A stretch of DNA of 64,000 bases from an uncultured Methanosarcinaceae archaeon (GTDB lineage: Archaea > Halobacteriota > Methanosarcinia > Methanosarcinales > Methanosarcinaceae), in the NCBI GenBank assembly GCA_963847185.1, contig CAWJYV010000007.1:576001-640000 (forward strand), written 5' to 3'. A program made the translations under genes and the position numbers. Shown one piece after another: positions 61,745 to 64,000 of this stretch (its first letter is position 1; each line of letters begins with the position of its first letter). Under the pieces are notes generated by a model. It was given only the letters and a program-made list of their open reading frames with translations, was not told the origin of the DNA and did no database searches.

Positions 61745-62236
61745 TTATTTTAAACTTTTAATAAGCTCATGCCACCGTTTTTCATCCACGAGTTTCTGAG
61801 TTTTAAGCATCTTTTTAAATTCATCGGCACTTCCTTCGCCGCATTTTCCCTCAAGTATGTCTTTTAATTCCATTGCAGCCCGCAAAAGTCCGGCTGCTTC
61901 TTCATAGAGCTCTTTAGCTTCTGCCTTTGTAAGTTCTTCGATTTCCAGCAGTTCTTCGTCTGCTTTCGCTCTTTCTTTCAGCTTTGTGATAAGAGCTCTG
62001 ATTTTGGCTGCTTCTTCTGAACTGAGTGATTCTTTTTCTTTCAGCTCTCGAGCCAGATCCCTCAGTCTGTACTCCTGCCCATCAATCTCTACGCTTTCGG
62101 GGATCTTCTTTCCTGCCCAGGCAAAATCACTCCTGAGGCTCCAGAGGAGTTTATTGCGTTCCTCATAATCAAGATATTCTTCATCTGCTTTTGTTGCTTT
62201 CTCACTTTTCAGCATGAAGTTTTCCCCTGAAATCAT
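61745..62236 (-). CDS. Conserved helical archaeal protein (DUF5788-like)
   Basis: ERNKLL...AWAG..IPE.VEIDG and GL.RA...L patterns. Confidence 0.7.
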   Translation of the reverse strand: MISGENFMLKSEKATKADEEYLDYEERNKLLWSLRSDFAWAGKKIPESVEIDGQEYRLRDLARELKEKESLSSEEAAKIRALITKLKERAKADEELLEIEELTKAEAKELYEEAAGLLRAAMELKDILEGKCGEGSADEFKKMLKTQKLVDEKRWHELIKSLK

Positions 62237-62408
62237 TTTTCTTGTATCGCTTTCTCTTCTGCTCTCATTCTATTTATCTTAGCTGTAGATGTCTGCCAGG
62301 AGAAAATCGTATAGGAATCAGGGTGTTTGAAATAAAGGAAAAAATTCCAAAATAAGTACAATAGTAAAATAAATTCAAAAATATTTTAAGTTTCAGAAAA
62401 TTCTCTAT

Positions 62409-62879
62409 TCACAGCAAATTTTCTGCTATATTTTCCGAAATTACGTGTTCGCAGTACAGGCACTGGAGAGAAACTCCTTCTTCTTCAGACTGGATCACGG
62501 AAAACTTCGACTTTATGGGTTCGTTGCTGTTAGAAATACAATTTGAGTTAATGCAGCGGACAATGCCTTCAACATAAGAAGGAAGTACAACATAATTTTT
62601 CTTGACTACCTCAAAATCCCTTATAATGTTGATGGTAGCTTTCGGAGCGATCAATGCAATCCTGTTAAGCTCTTCGACGCTGAGTTCCTTTCCCTCTATT
62701 TTTACAACGTCTTTTTTGCCTCTGGCTCCGGGAGCGTTCATAACAAAACTTATAGTGGCCCGAAAAGCACTGGAAATTCCAAGTATGCGCAGAACATTTA
62801 AAGCCTGCCCTGCCTTTATGTGATCTATTACTGTTCCGTCTTCAATCGCCTGGACCTTTAGATCTCTCTTTTCTTTCAT
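62409..62879 (-). CDS. pyrI: Aspartate carbamoyltransferase regulatory subunit
   Basis: GTVIDHI, KKDVVKIE, CINSNCISN and CLYCE zinc site. Confidence 0.97.
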   Translation of the reverse strand: MKEKRDLKVQAIEDGTVIDHIKAGQALNVLRILGISSAFRATISFVMNAPGARGKKDVVKIEGKELSVEELNRIALIAPKATINIIRDFEVVKKNYVVLPSYVEGIVRCINSNCISNSNEPIKSKFSVIQSEEEGVSLQCLYCEHVISENIAENLL

Positions 62880-63802
62880 TCAATCATCCCCATGGCAAGA
62901 GCAAGGAGAGCCATTCTGATAGGGACACCATAAAAAGCCTGCTCGAAATAACGTGCATGAGGCGTAGCATCCACATCTGGGGTAATTTCATTGACCCTGG
63001 GGAGAGGGTGAAGAATCTTGAGATTAGGATCCGCATCTTTCAATAGCTCGCCTGTAACTCTAAGTCTGTTCTTAACTTTTTCATATTCTTGGGGATCTGG
63101 AAAACGTTCTCTTTGAACTCTTGTCATGTAGAGAACCTCTACATCTCTAATAATTTCCTCGAGAGAGTCAGTTTCTTTCACACTTATTTTATGCTTCTGA
63201 AGATCTTTGACAATTTCGGAAGGCATCCTGAGTTCAAGCGGTGAAACAAAAGTCATTTCAGCTCCGTAGAGAGAGAGGGCATGACAAAGTGAATGAACCG
63301 TTCTCCCATATTTCAGGTCTCCTGCCATGGCAATTTTCAGGCCTTCAAGATGGCTTTCTCTGCGGACAGTATAAAGGTCAAGGAAGGTCTGTGTAGGGTG
63401 GTTGACAGAACCGTCTCCACCATTAATTATCGGGACACTTGCAAATTCAGCAGCCATTCGTGCCGACCCGTCAAGAGGATGACGCAATACAATCAAATCG
63501 GCATAGTTACTGATCACGCGGATAGTGTCGGCAAGATTTTCCCCTTTCATAACTGAACTTGCCTCCACGGAACCAAGGTTCAATACCTGCCCTCCAAGCC
63601 TCTGAGTAGCAACTTCAAAAGATAGTCTGGTCCTCGTGCTTGGTTCAAAAAAAAGAAGAGCAACTATTTTTCCATCCAGCAGCCGGGATCTTTCTTCACC
63701 TCTGGCTACAGGCTCAAGCTTTTCTGCAGTATCCAGAACATGATCGATTTCTTCCCGGGAAAAGTCTTTCATTGAGATGACGTGTCTGTTCTTGAATGGC
63801 AT
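62876..63802 (-). CDS. pyrB: Aspartate carbamoyltransferase catalytic subunit
   Basis: FFEPSTRT, HPTQ, GDLKYGRTVHS, TRVQRER and HPLPR. Confidence 0.98.
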   Translation of the reverse strand: MPFKNRHVISMKDFSREEIDHVLDTAEKLEPVARGEERSRLLDGKIVALLFFEPSTRTRLSFEVATQRLGGQVLNLGSVEASSVMKGENLADTIRVISNYADLIVLRHPLDGSARMAAEFASVPIINGGDGSVNHPTQTFLDLYTVRRESHLEGLKIAMAGDLKYGRTVHSLCHALSLYGAEMTFVSPLELRMPSEIVKDLQKHKISVKETDSLEEIIRDVEVLYMTRVQRERFPDPQEYEKVKNRLRVTGELLKDADPNLKILHPLPRVNEITPDVDATPHARYFEQAFYGVPIRMALLALAMGMIE

Positions 63803-64000
63803 CCTGCTTTCATAAATGATTCCTAATGATATAACCTTTGCTCCGGAAATTTTATGCTTTAGTCAGATAGTCGGACTACTGGTCTTCTTACATTATTGGC
63901 ACATTATCTGGATACATTTTTGAGAAATTCGAGCCAGAGTCTGGCATCTCTTACTCTTTGATCGGCAAACTGTTCCTGAAAATATTTTGTATTTTTCTTT

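Overview
AT-rich archaeal window, almost certainly Methanosarcina (inferred from rps17e, DUF1673/DUF1616/DUF1724-type families, TIGR04279-type and PGF-pre-PGF surface proteins, and typical repeats). Family names are from motif recognition, not database searches. Region 1 (1-19.8 kb) is a surface-glycan locus: nucleotide-sugar dehydrogenase, deacetylase, flippase, acyltransferase, FrhB-like Fe-S protein, pyruvyl transferase, a frameshifted GT-C-like membrane protein, Alg13/Alg14, three GT2 paralogs, DUF1616 and a CPBP protease. Region 2 (20-40 kb) is mostly housekeeping: radical SAM, CobW GTPase, ferredoxin, asd, larBC, TetR/AKR, pyrH, an ABC exporter, R15P isomerase and tsaA. Region 3 (40.9-54.5 kb) is a tandemly duplicated surface-protein cassette followed by an epimerase, a second DUF1616-CPBP pair and a DUF1624 acetyltransferase. 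The window ends with rps17e-dapA-dapB, a DUF1673 array and pyrBI. Best candidate for a new system: the first CPBP protease is fused to a miniature copy (RBS/start, signal peptide, TDxxYxxAGxGA membrane anchor) of the secreted proteins in the duplicated cassette, suggesting a glycan-linked, CPBP-dependent C-terminal protein-sorting system. Also notable: a 27-Cys extracellular repeat with three CxxCH motifs, three structured sRNA candidates, a probable CTG start codon, and a nested MITE whose empty site lies in the same window.
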